Below, piece by piece: positions 50,703 through 63,410 of a stretch of DNA of 64,000 nucleotides. The position numbers were made by a program, and so were the translations under genes. Every line of letters begins with the position of its first letter. Position 1 is the stretch's first letter. The stretch comes from Heterodontus francisci (taxonomy: Eukaryota). Location: the NCBI RefSeq assembly GCF_036365525.1, contig NC_090378.1, positions 82,514,357 through 82,578,356 of the forward strand, given 5' to 3'. The notes beneath the pieces are model-generated. The model worked only from the letters and a program-made list of their open reading frames with translations. It made no database searches and was not told the DNA's origin.

Positions 50703-51367
50703 TGGAGTTTCCGCTACGGGTACAGTCAGCAAAATACGCCCAGCTCTGCGCCGATTTTGTGAAGTGGCTTTACACTCAAGTTTCCATACAAATTAGCATA
50801 ACCTGAAAGTAAAATCGCTCATAAATTAATGCAATCAAGCGGTTTAATCAATCATCGTCAATTCGTGACTGGAACACAACATTTTACAGCTTCACAAAGA
50901 GGTTTGGGGTTGCCAGGGAATGAGTCATTCTTCAACTGACTGATTTAATATTCTTGATCTTAGTTTTTAATTGGCTTCAATTGACTGCTTTGATCGGCCC
51001 TTGGTACTTAAGACCTGTGACCAACAATCAATTGAAGTCGCAAAGGTGTGCCCTGATCTGCTGTAATTTATTAACTTTAGACTAATTTAAAGTAATTACA
51101 GCAGCAGCAACATAAGAAACACAACAGGGTCAGAATTCAACTGATTGCTGTCAACTACAAAGTACAGATGATGATTAATGTTCAAGAAATTGACATAATA
51201 TGATGAATGTCAGGGTGCAATCAAGGGAAACTCACCATGCCGACCTGGGGACCTGGCCAGTATTGTGGGCAGCAATTGACTGCCTTGGGCGAACCAGCGA
51301 AAATGATCACGCGGATACTCGGGCGTAGCGTGGTTAGAGGCACGACTCACTTAAATTTTAAATTCCA
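50703..51367. mobile_element. Old MITE-like element
   Basis: Imperfect subterminal inverted similarity (tacgcccag..gatttt vs aaaatga..cgggcgta) and TGGAGTTT/AAATTCCA ends. Confidence 0.35.
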
Positions 51368-51431
51368 CGACCTTTAATGTTACTTAATTCCCAGATATCC
51401 GGGCGCAAAGCATACAGAAAGTATATCTAAC

Positions 51432-51581
51432 CTGGAGTACGTGTCGGGATGCCAAAGACCACAACACATGTCAGGGTAGTGACAGTAACTCCCAGTATCA
51501 GCATCACAATGACAGAGATCCAGCAGTATTGCCTGGAGCAGCAGCAATAACAAGAGTCACTCTGGCTACAATCCCAACAAT
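51432..51581 (-). CDS. LDLRAD1: LDLRAD1 exon 3 (transmembrane)
   Basis: caacag|AT..G|gttaga; (D)CWDCSQSDSCYCCCSRQYCWISVIVMLILGVTVTTLTCVVVFGIPTRTP. Confidence 0.9.
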
Positions 51582-51725
51582 CTGTTGGGGGGGAATGGGG
51601 GATGTGGAAGAAGAAAAATACAAACACATAATTCACATTCTCCTGCAAAATCCATCCTTCAATGAAATGCACGGCGCATCCGAAACAAAGCAGTCTGAAT
51701 ATTCCCCACGCCCCTCAAGGTTTAC

Positions 51726-51789
51726 CTCTCTTGCTGTTGTTGGATGCCATGGATATCGTTGAACCAAAAGATGTGACATCAAAACCTCG
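51726..51789 (-). CDS. LDLRAD1: LDLRAD1 exon 2
   Basis: Polypyrimidine tract..atatag|CGA..G|gtaaac; RGFDVTSFGSTISMASNNSKR, phases 0 to 1 as required. Confidence 0.72.
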
Positions 51790-51893
51790 CTATATATCGA
51801 AGGAAAACAAAAGTTGGGAATGTTAGTAAAATGTATATAACCCTACACTGAACATCGTAATACTACTTCTAGGTGGTGGATTCTCTTTGTTAC

Positions 51894-51932
51894 CGTGCCG
51901 ATATTTTCTGGGTAAGTCTTGTGAAATTTCAT
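51894..51932 (-). CDS. LDLRAD1: LDLRAD1 exon 1 (start codon)
   Basis: agaATG..ACG|gtaaca; MKFHKTYPENIGT, resembles human MNKVFPQ; joined CDS is 669 nt = 222 aa + stop. Confidence 0.7.
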
Positions 51933-51967
51933 TCTCTTCCGTTCCTGCCACACAATCAGAGTCTTTT

Positions 51968-52056
51968 GTTGCTGGGAAGATTTTGGTTCATAGTAGCAAT
52001 CCAGCGATTTCCGTTCTTTCATTGCTCGTCCGTCACTTAGTTACTAAGTAAAACAC
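51968..52056 (-). promoter_or_regulatory. LDLRAD1 proximal promoter with imperfect X-box-like motifs
   Basis: GTTGCTGGGAAG (51968-51979) and GTTACTAAGTAAA (52040-52052); local CpG enrichment. Confidence 0.35.
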
Positions 52057-52814
52057 AGATCAAGAAAATATATGGATGTCGTTCGTGCCAGGATTTTACC
52101 AAAGCAAATACTGTAAATATTGTCCAGTACAGCAACACACAAATCATGCCTCCCGCCTGTGCCAAAAACGCTCCACATTACAATCGAAATGGAACCAATT
52201 TAAATTCTCATGAGAATCTAATGCAGCATCCGAATTTAAACTCTGACAATACAGGAACTGAAAGAGTATGATTACAAAAGTGGTTACGAGGACATGTAAT
52301 TTTTGAAGCTAATTTCCCTATAGCTCATATTTCTATCCATTAGTTGCTAGAGATTTATGTTTACGTTTCAAAAAGATAAAGAATTGGGCCGGAGCATTCT
52401 TCAGCTGCAGATTTTCCATTCGATGTGGTGAGTCTGTAGATTTTGCCGAATCTACTAAGAAATTGAATGCGTTTCTGGCGAGGATCGTAGCAGAAGTTGA
52501 TCTGATCTAAATGTTTTGGTTTGGCTTCATGACGGCTGTCTTATTGTACATTTACACAACGAACTAAACTAAACCTTCGACCACAATCATTGCAGTCATT
52601 CAGTTTTGCACATCGCCAGTTTGCCCAATGACTTGGGAAAGAACCTGGCATTTATTTATATGGTGTCTTTCATCTAAATGAAGAGGATAGTTGATGATTT
52701 ATTAATTACTAAATTACACCCGAGGATTTACTTTACCACGACGATAAATGCTTGCAATGCTAGTCTCTCCCACCCCCACCCCCTAAAGTGCTGCAGGTCC
52801 AAAGTTGGTTTGTG

Positions 52815-53210
52815 GTTCTGATGAAAGGCCAGTTTTTTTATTTGTTCATAGGATGTGGGCGTCGCTGGCTAGGCCAGCATTTATTGCCTTATAGCAGGTA
52901 GTGATGAACCGCTGTAGTCCTTGGGGTACAGGTACACCAATAGTGCTGTTAGGAAGAGAATTCCAGGATTTTGACCCCCGCGACAGTGAAGGATCAGTGA
53001 TTATAGTTCCAAATCAGGATGGTCTTTGGCTTGGACGGGGACTTGCAGGTGGTGGCGTTCTCATGCATCTGCTGCTGTTGTCCTTCTAGGTCACAAACCT
53101 GAAACGTTAACTCAGTTTCGCTCTCCACAAATGCTGCCAAACGTGCTATTTTCAGTACTTTCTGTTTTTATTTCAGATTGCCAGCATCCACAGTATTTTG
53201 CTTTATTTTA
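52815..53210. mobile_element. Penelope-like end split by a CR1-clade 3' fragment (-, ~52835-53088)
   Basis: CTGATGAAAGG at ~52818 resumes as GGTCACAAACCTGAAACGTTAAC at ~53089. Confidence 0.65.
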
Positions 53211-56015
53211 GTTTGTGGTTGGACATGGCTCAATTGGTAGCACACTCGCTTACTGAAGTTAATGGCTATGGGTTCAATCCTGCTCCAGAGACTTGAATCT
53301 ACCAAGACTTCAGTGCAGTAGAGGGCATCCTGTTGGAATTTTGCAATGGTTACCTATTACTGCCCATTAACCCGTCTGGCCTCTTAGGTAGATGCAAAAG
53401 GTCCCATGACACTATTTTGAAGAAGAGCAGGGCATTCTTCCCAATGTCCTGGCGAATATTTATTCCTCAACCAACATCACCAAAACACAGATCTGGTCAT
53501 TATCACAACTGTTTATCAGACTTGCTGTGCACAAATTAGCTGTTGTGTCTTCCACATTATCAATGATTGCACTTCAAAAGTACTTAATTGGCTATAAAGT
53601 CCTTTGAATGTTTTGAGGTGGAGGAGCTATATTAATGCATTTCTTTTCTATAACTCTTGCAGCAATCCCAGTAAGGTTGCATCTGATTTTACCAGTCAAC
53701 CAGAAATCTGAGCTCCATCATATAATCCATGCACAATAGTTATACTGAACTATTTAAATCTGTGTTCACCTTTAAGGACACAGTAGCAAATAGAACTGAA
53801 AAACTCTGCAAATAGGCAGAGTTAAGCCTTAGGTTTAGGTAAATTTTTAAATGGGAATAATCTGACCCCCACCAACCACACAAACCATAACAGACTTGTA
53901 GGTTCCACTGAGGTTTAGAAGCTCACTTACCCAACACACTGAGATAAAAGCTGGAGAAACATAAGTATGACTGGCTTGAATAGGACTGTCACATTTCAGG
54001 GTTTCTTACTCCTTTTCTGCAGAATGAATTTTGAAGAGTTACATGTATTTAAATGTTGGGGTTCAAAGCAGTCAGGAAAAGGGTAATGAGGCAAAAGATG
54101 GTTAAAATGCTGATCAGCTATGCATTGAAATTGTTTCCTCGAGGACTGGGGACAATAAGCAATTAAGCTATCCCAGTAATTGGTAAACATTTCAAACACA
54201 TTATTTGGCAGAAAAGAGAATTGGTTTTGTTGTTTCAAGAAAAACAATGCTGCAAGGGAAGAGTTAGAATGCAGGAGAGTAGGTAAACAAAATTATTGAA
54301 AGTAGAGCAAGATAATCCAGTGATGTAAGGAAGTGTTGCATGTTCATTATTATGCAAAAGTTGTGTTGATTAAAGTAATCCCAGTCATAACTATATTCAC
54401 TTTGTGAAATAAAGCTGTTTAACTATTATTCATAATTCATCTCTCATCAAGTGTTTTCTTAGGGTACCTTCAAAAAAGATTAGAGGTGAATACAGAAAAG
54501 ACAAGAATATCCAGTTCATATCACAAAGGTGTACTATATTGTTACAGCCTTGGGAAATCTATCAGTTAAGTAATGGAAGTTCTAGGACATGCCAAGCAAA
54601 AATTGTTTGAATGACATAGCTAACACTGCTGTAATCAAGAGACTGTTTAAGGCTAGATCCAAACCTGTAACAAGGGCATTCAGGAACTGGTGATGAATGA
54701 GAAGAGCATTATGGTTCAAACATCCTGACTGTGACAAACATGGAGTCAGGGAAGGGAGAGAATTTTTTTTTAATACCTTTCCATTAAGAGAAATTGGAGG
54801 CTGAAAATGGCCAGCAAATGAAGATTAACAGGAGATTGTGAATTAAGTTCATCACCGAAAGGGTTAATGAGTTTGTTTATGAAGATTATACATGTGTTTT
54901 CCTCTTTAAAATGCTTATACATTCAAAAATTTTCTGGACACCAAGAGTGTATATAAGAGTCTTATGCTGCTAGTTTGATTATTTCAGAAGCCACCTCATC
55001 AGAGAATTCAGGGAGGCAGCATGTCGGCTCTTTCCATTCATCTGATGCAGTGGATCTGGTAACCAGATCTGTTCAGCCTCCTATGCTGAAAAAGAGCCAA
55101 ATGATCCATTTCTGCCTTATCTATTGAAGAACCAATCTACCTTGTCTACTTCTGATCGCCAGGCTCAGAGGCCCCAATATTAAACTCTAGATGCTGGTGA
55201 GATCTGTGTTAGAGAGAAAGCTGTCCCACAGATTCAATACTTTCTTTTCCTTTAAAGTCATAGAAATTATTTCTAACTCAAATTATTTTGAAACGTTTGG
55301 TCTAGTTTATGATATACATCAAGGTTTTCTGGCTTTTTTTCATCTTGCCTATGTTTTATTGGAACTATGCTCTTCAATGCTGGCAATTTATTTGTCATTG
55401 CCTTTTACATCTCCAAAGTCTCAACATGGTCTGGCATTGTATATGGCAAAGCAAATTGCCATATGGTCACCTAGCAAACAGTTTTCTTAAATTAAGGCTA
55501 TTCATTTTCCACTTAAATTAATTTGAGGATTCCCTATGGCTTTGTTTTGTCCACTCCCAGATCAACAATTTCCATAATCATCCAATTCAATCCACTTTTT
55601 TTGCAGATGATACTACTCTCCAACAGCCTACAGATCACACTGCCTTACTGCAGACAATCCAGATCAGCAAACTCAGTGAATTCTGTTTGCTGTTGGGGAA
55701 TGTGCCCGAACATTTTAAATTTACTTAAAAAATAAGTAGAATAAGCGCAGTGCCGCAACAACTGATGAGAGGTGATCAAACCAATATTTATTTTATGATT
55801 CCTTGAGCAAAAGAAAAAAAGTCTTATCCACAAAACCCATGTCAGGAAATATTACATTTGGATCAAAAACTACAAACACAAAAGCTGGAGTTTGATTATA
55901 ATAAAGTAAAATTTTTACAGTAAATCAAAGCAAAAATATTTTCACTTGGGTGGGGGAAAATTGAAGTGCACTAAAGGAAAACTTAGCCGAGATGTAAAAT
56001 AAAAGCCACAAGGGG

Positions 56016-56021
56016 TTTATT
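56016..56021 (-). terminator. Candidate TMEM59 polyadenylation signal (another at 55787-55792)
   Basis: AATAAA on minus strand ~540 nt after the stop codon. Confidence 0.45.
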
Positions 56022-56555
56022 ACCAATGAATTACAAATGAAAACTTTAAATTGTGTTCTGAGGTTACTGTGGCTCAATATTTACATAATGTAGGCGTGCG
56101 CAACTGTTTCATGTATTCAAGAGCACGATATGCCATGATGCAGGTACAGAAAAGAGAAAGATGTCAACAAACAGGTCATAAGGTGATTAAAACTTCAGTT
56201 AAATGTCCATAATGATAGTAGAAATAATGCATCGTATAGAAAATGTTACAAGCAATGACATTTAATCTGTACAAAGGAACAACCAGTGCGATCTAAAATG
56301 GTCAGATGCTAACAAATTTTTAAACATGCAGACAAAAGTGTTGTGCAAAAAGAGCTGTTTATAGCTCAGATACCTTTAATATAACAGCTCATATCTATAG
56401 GTCAGCTTAAAAAAGTTCCAATTACTGTTTATATCCAGGAATGTAACAAAAACAATATTTCTTAATTTTGAAATTTCACCTCAACCAGACATTTGGCAAA
56501 AACTACCACTTCAAATTTCAGAACACAGGAAGAGTCCAAATTTAATCCAGATTAT

Positions 56556-56708
56556 TTAAACTGTTGAGTGATCCAGGTTCACTTTAGTAGGTAAAGGTCC
56601 TGCCACGTCCTTTTCATCCTTGGATTTGATGATAATCAGAGAGGATGCTGGATATGGAGTTAGCTTCAATTCATTCATAAACTCCATGTCTCCGTATATG
56701 CTCAGTTT
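56556..56708 (-). CDS. TMEM59: TMEM59 terminal exon
   Basis: ttacag|AAA..TAA; KLSIYGDMEFMNELKLTPYPASSLIIIKSKDEKDVAGPLPTKVNLDHSTV*, matching the TMEM59 cytoplasmic tail; synteny with LDLRAD1. Confidence 0.94.
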   Translation of the reverse strand, partial: KLSIYGDMEFMNELKLTPYPASSLIIIKSKDEKDVAGPLPTKVNLDHSTV

Positions 56709-59149
56709 CTGTAACAGCAAGTCACACCTAGTCACTGAAAGCTTATGGATTTCTTTATTGGTTAATTTCCCCATGGGGACTTTTTTTCCTAAAGCAATAT
56801 TTTACTCATTTCTAGGTCTCAGCAGCATGTTGGCGCAGCTGATATGTCCTCACTCACCACTCACATGTGCAGGTTCCAGCAGCTGCTGACTAGCAGTCAA
56901 TAATGGAAACGTTCATCAGTTCCCACTGCACCCTCCCAACCTGCCGCAACCCAGGGGCACTGAGGTCAACTACAGTGCTGCATTATTTGGCTGGAAATAA
57001 ACCACCGATCAAACCTCCAACCTTTATGACCTGTTTCGCTCCACCATTTATTGGATGAACTTGCTCAGCCAACTGGGGAACCACCTTTTGCAGCTTTTAG
57101 GGTCAAAAATGCGAAATGTAAAGATATACCTCTAACAGTTTTGTAAAATCTGGACGCCCGTGTGTTTCATGGTGGCAGCAGAACACCAGCATGCACAACA
57201 GTACTCCAAAAAAGACACTGTTAAATTAAACATTAAATACACTAGCTTCTAATGCACCTGATGGTTCAATCATTAAATGCAGGACATGACATGACAATAG
57301 GCGATACAGGGCAGAAGGTTGCTGTTTTGACCAATTCATGCCGAAGTTCCCTGATCTCAGCTGATGTGACTGTACAGGTACAATTGGTCTCAGTGCGTTA
57401 GGGTCAGGGAGGGGATAAAACACATATCCTGGATTCCCACTTCAATTAGCTACCCACTGGAAAGTGGGTGTGTGAGGACACCAGATAAGGATAGTATCAA
57501 TATTGTGTTTGATAACCAGCCTTCACTGAGACTCAGATGAAGAATGACTGCTCAAGCAAGGTATCAAGGGCTGCAAGTACCTATACCCCAACATGAATCT
57601 CTACCTTCAAGAGAGGAGGGGAGAAAATAAGGGAGAAAGAGGATTAAATGATATGCAAATGTCATAAAATTATATCAGATTAACACCTAACTGGATAGCA
57701 AAAATGACCATGTATTGATTTCAGTCTCAGTGCAAAACAGGCAACATGCTTTCCCCTTTAAGGGGATACATAATTGGAACTTTTAACCACAGAGAATTTT
57801 CAGAGAGTCTTTTTTAAAATCAGTGCTGCAGTTGAATCAGTTCCCTTAAATTTTCATAATTACACCACTCAGCCACAACATTCGATGCAAATGAAGGGTC
57901 AAATATCAGGAATAAAAATCAGAAGCAGGTCACTGCAGGCATAGTGAAAACTGGGGTCAAAAGTGCAACCAGTAAAGTGGGCGGGGGAGGGAAGAGTGAG
58001 GAAGAGAGAAGTGCACCTTGAATAAGTGAGTACAAGGAATTTTTAAAATATACACACCAATCTGAATACTGTGGGAAGAGTATTCCTTCCCCTCAGCCAT
58101 GATCTTATTGAATGGCAGAACAAGCCTGAGGGGCTAAATGGCCTACTCCTGTTTCTATGTTCCTTCAGAAGCAGTCTCATTCCATTTGTTGCAGTGCTCA
58201 TTTCCTGCCCTCCCCCTACCCATTATCTGTCAAGTTCAGGGGTTTCACAATTGTGCAGGCTTACAGCAGAATGAGATTTTGGCACAGTAATAAGTTTTAT
58301 TTTTATTCAAGGGAATTCAACTGAGGTTTACAGTTGGAGAGTTGGCCTATAAATTGGTATTCAAAAACATTTAAAATCCAACACTCTCACCATACATCAG
58401 TAACTAAGCCAGCTGTGTGGATCCTAGGCTGATGGTGTGAGACATACAGGATGTGTGGTAGCCCAGATCTTCAAAGTATGCATCCCTGGTACTAAATCCC
58501 TTAGAAACTAATTGGGGGGGGCTCAAGAATCATCTAGATATACTGTTTATTGTATACAAAGATAAAATATACCTCCTGGATACTTTCTGTGAAACTTTTC
58601 CAAGCAAGATAGAGGAAACAGTAAGATATAAGTAGCATCCCCTGGAGTATAAAATAGAACAGACAGGAACAGAGGGAAACTATGGAAGCAGAACCATCAC
58701 AACGGACATTTGGTACTGGAGTCGGACAAGGATGGAAGTTCTGGGGAAAGTAACCAGGATCAGGTCATATGGCATACTGGTTATTCAGGGGAACAGATAA
58801 AAGGACCCACCCAAGGGAAAAATAAAATTACACTGCTTCACATTACATGATCAGAACTCACTAATAACACATCTCCGCCCTTCTACTCGAGTGTTTCTAC
58901 AGATAAATTATTTCATAGCAGCCAAGGAGAAGATAAAAACCATGTAGAAGAATTTTTAAAAAACTAAATATCCTCAATTGATCGTAGTGTGCTTTGAGTT
59001 CAAAACATCAGTCAGAGGATGGGCTTTGCAATCACTGAAATAAAGCCACCTTAAAAAAGAAACACATGGTGAATCTCCTCTTCTACACACAACTCAGATT
59101 ACTCAGTTCTGATAGGTCTCCTCTACAACCCTACATGAGTGATATAAAA

Positions 59150-62100
59150 AAAAAAATTTGATATGTGAGCTTTGCTGGCTAGGCCAGCACTTGTTGCCAT
59201 CCCTAACTGCACTCAAGAAGGTGGTGGTGAGCTACCTCCTTGAACTGCGGCAGTCCACCTGGTATAGGCACCCACAGTGCTGTTAGGAAGGGAATTCCAG
59301 AATTTTGACCCAGCGACAGTGAAGGCGATATAGTTCCAAGTCACGATAGTGTGTGGCTTGGAGGGGAACTTGAAGGTGGTGGTGCTCCCATGCATCTGCT
59401 GCCCTTGTTCTTCAAGGTGGTAGCGGGTGCGGGTTTGGAAGGTGCTGTTGAAGGAGGCTTAGCAAATTGCTGCAGTGCATCTTGTAGATGGTACACACTG
59501 CTGCCACTGTGCTCTGGTGGTGGAGGGAGTGAATGTTTAAGGTGGTGAACGGGCTGCCAATCAAGCGGGCTGCTTTGTTTTGGATGGTGTTGAGCTTCGA
59601 ATGTCATTGGTGCTGCACTCATCCAGGCAAGTGGAGAGTACTGTATCACACTCCTGACTTGTGCCTTGTTGATGGTGGCCAGGCATTGGTGAGTCAGGAA
59701 GTGAGTTACTTGCCGCCGAATTTCCAGCCTCTGACCTGTTCTTGTAGCTACAATATTTATATGGCTGGTCCAGTTACATTTCTGGTCAATGATAACCCCC
59801 AGGACATTGATGATGGGGGATTCAGCGATGGTAATGCCATTGAATGTCAAGGGGAGATGGTAGATTCTCTTTTGTTGGCACTTGTGTGGCTCGAATGTTA
59901 CTTGCCACTTATCAGCACAAGCCTGAACGTTGTCCAGGTCTTGCTGCACGTGGACTGAGACTGCTTCATTATCTGAGGAGTTGTGAATGGTACTGAAAAA
60001 GTGCAATCATCAGCAAATATCCCCACTTCTAACCTTATGATGGAGGGAAGGTCATTGATGAAGCAGCTTAGGCCTAGAACACTACCCTAACGAACACCTG
60101 CAGCAAAGTCCTGGGGCTGAGATGACTGGCCTCCTACAACCATAACCATCTTTCTTTGTGCCAGGTATGACTCCAACCAGTGGAAAGTTTTCCCCCCCCC
60201 CCCCCCCCCCACCCGATTCCCATTGACCTCAGTTTTGCTAGGGCTCCTTGATGCCACAATTGGTCAAATGCTGCCTTGATGCCAAGGGCAGTTACTCTCA
60301 CCTCACCTCTTGAGTTCAGCTCTTTGGTCAAGTTTGGACCAAGGCTGTAATAAATTCTGGAACCGAGTGACCCTGGCAGAAGCCAAACTGAGCATCGGTA
60401 AGCAGGTTATTGCTAAATGTGCTGCTTGTTAGCACGGTCAATGACATCTTCCCTCACTTTGCTGATGATGGGGCAGTATTTGGCCAGATTGGATTTGTCC
60501 TGCTTTTTGTGGCCAGGACATACCGGGCAATTTTCCACATTGTTGGGTAGATGTCAGTGTTGTAGCTTTACTGGAACAGCTTGGCTAGGACACATCTATT
60601 TATGGAGCACGCCCGCAGTACTACAGATGGGTATTGTCAGTGCCCATAGCCTTTGCTTTATCCAGTGCTTTCAGCTGTTTCTTGATATCACATGGTATGA
60701 ATTGAATTGGCTAAAGACTAGCATCTGTGATTCTGGGGGACCTTAGGAGGAGACTGAAATGAATCATCTGCTCGACACTTCTGGCTGATGATGGATGCAA
60801 AAGCTACAGCCTTGTCATAGAGTTTTACAGCACAGAAACAGGCCCAACGCGCCTGCGCCGACCATCAAGCACCCATCTTAATTAATCCCATTTCCCCGCA
60901 CTTGGCCCGTAGCCTTGCATGTTATGGCATTTCAAGTGCTCATCTAAATATTTCTTGAATGTCGTGAGTGTTCCCACCTCTACCACCCCTTCAGGCAGTG
61001 TGTTCCAGATTCCAACCGCCCTCTGGGTGAAAAGATTCTTCCTCAACTCCCCTCTAAACCTCCTGCCCCTTACCTTAAATCTATGCCCCCTAGTTATTGA
61101 CCTCTCCGCTAAAGGAAAAAGTTTCTTCCTATCTATCCTATCAATGCCCCTCATAATTTTGTATACCTCAATCAGGTCCCCCCTCAGCCTTCTCCGCTCC
61201 AAGGAAAACAACCCCAGCCTATCTATTCTGTCTTCATAACTGAAATGCTCCAGCCCAGGCAACATCCTGGTGAATCTCCTCTGCACCCTCTCCACTGCAA
61301 TCACATCCTTCCTATAGTGTGGCGACCAGAACTGTACACAGTACTCCAACTGTGGCCTAACTAGCATTTTATACAGCTCCATCATAACCTCCCTGCTCTT
61401 ATATTCTATGCCTCGGCTAATAAAGGCAAGTATCCCATATGCCTTCCTAACCACCTTATCTACCTGTGCTGCTGCCTTCAGTGATCTATGAACAAGCACC
61501 CCAAGGTCCCTCTGACCCTCTGTACTCCCTAGGGTCATACCATCCATTTTATATTCCATTGCCTTGTTAGACCTCCCAAAGTGCATCGCCTCACACTTCT
61601 CAGGATTAAACTCCATCTGCCGCTGCTCCACCCATCTTACCAGCCCAGCTATATCGTCCTGTAATCTAAGGCTTTCCTCCCCACTATTTACGACACCAAT
61701 TTTCGTGTCGTCTGCAAACTTACTGATCATACCTCCTATATTCATGTCTAAATCATTAATGTACACTACAAACAGTAAGGGTCCCAGCACCCATCCCTGT
61801 GATACGCCACTGGTCACAGGCTTCCACTCTCAGAAACAACCCTCCACAATCACCCTCTGCCTCTAAGCCAATTTTGAATCCAATTTGCCAAACTGCCCTG
61901 GATCCCATGGGCTCTTACCTTCTTAAACAATCTCCCATGCGGGACCTTATCAAAAGCCCTACTGAAGTCCATGTAGACTACATCAACTGCTTTATCCTCA
62001 TCTACACCTCTAGTCACCTCCTCGAAAAATTCAATCAAGTTAGTTAGACACAATCTCCCCCTGACAAAGCCATGCTGACTATCACTGATTAATCCCTGCC

Positions 62101-63410
62101 TCACCAAGTGGAAATTAATCCTGTCCCTCAGAATTTTTTCCAATAATTTCCCTACCACTGATGTTAGATTCACCGGCCTGTAATTACCTGGTTTATCCCT
62201 GCTGCCCTTCTTGAATAATGGTACAACATTCGCTGTCCTCCTGTCCTCTGGTACCTCTCCTGTGACCAGAGAGGATTTGAAAATTTGCATCAGAGCCCCT
62301 GCTATCTCCTCCCTTGCCTCACATAACAGCCTGGGATACATCTCACCTGGGCCTGGGGATTTATCCACTTTTAAGCCCGTTAATACTTCCTCCCTTTCAA
62401 AGCTAATTTGATCAAGTATATCACAATCCCCCTCCCTGATCACTACACCTACATCGTCCTTCTCCATAGTGAACACAGATGAAAAGTAATGGTTCAAAAC
62501 CTCACCTATGTCCTCCAGCTCCACACACAGATTGCCTCTTTGATCCCTAATGAGGCCCACTTTTTCCCTGGTTATCCTCTTACCCCCTAACATACTTATA
62601 AAATGCCTTAGGATTTTCCTTTATCTTGTCTGCCAGTGATTTTTCATGCCCAGCTTCGCTCTCCTAATTACTTTTACTAAGTACTCCCCTACACTTTCTA
62701 TACTCCTCTAGGGCCTCCGCTGTTTTCAGTACTCTGAATCTGCCATACGCCTCCTTTTTTTTCCTTATCCAATCCTCTATATCCCTTGACATCCAGGGTT
62801 CCCTTGACCTGTTGGTCCTACTCTTCACCTTTACAGGAACATGCTGCACCTGAACCCTCACAATTTCCCTTCTAAATGTCTCCCACTGGTCTGATGTAGA
62901 CTTTCCTATAAGAAGCTGCTCCCAGTTCACTTTGGCCAGATCTTGTTTTATCATATTGAAATCTGTATTTCCCCAATTCAGTACTCTTATTTCCAGACCC
63001 TCTATTTCCTTTTCATAACAACCTTAAATCTTAGAGTTACGGTCACTATCCCCAAAATGCTCCCCCACGGACAGTTCTACCACTTGTCCGGCTTCATTCC
63101 CTAGTATTAAGTCCAGCACCGCTCCACCTCTTGTAGGTCTCTCTACGTGCTGGCTCAAAAAGCTCTCCTGAATGCACTTGAAGAATTCTGCCCCCTTTAA
63201 GCTTTTTGCACTAATACTAACATAGGTGAAGTCTTTTACACGGACATGCTGGGCTCCACCATCTTTGAGGATGGGATGTTTGTGGCACCTCCTTCTCTGG
63301 TTAGTCGTTTAATTTTCCATCTCCATTCACGACTGGATGTGCTTGACCTGATCTGTTGGTTATGGGATCACTTTGCTCTGCCTATAGCATGCTGTCTCTG
63401 CTGTTTAGCA
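59150..63410 (-). mobile_element. CR1-clade LINE (27050 family) interrupted at 60816/63231 by another CR1
   Basis: RT peptides in ORFs 59341-60006 and 60134-60331; host resumes at gtcttttacac (63231). Confidence 0.82.
60817..63225 (-). mobile_element. CR1 LINE (HER1-like), ORF2 in three pieces
   Basis: KSPGP..GNYRPVNLTS..QHGF..YMDFSRAFDKVPH; GVSQG..FADD..LEYCVQFWSP; 3' tail (cagcacagaaacaggccc..gccgaccatcaa on +) shared with HE1 SINEs. Confidence 0.9.
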
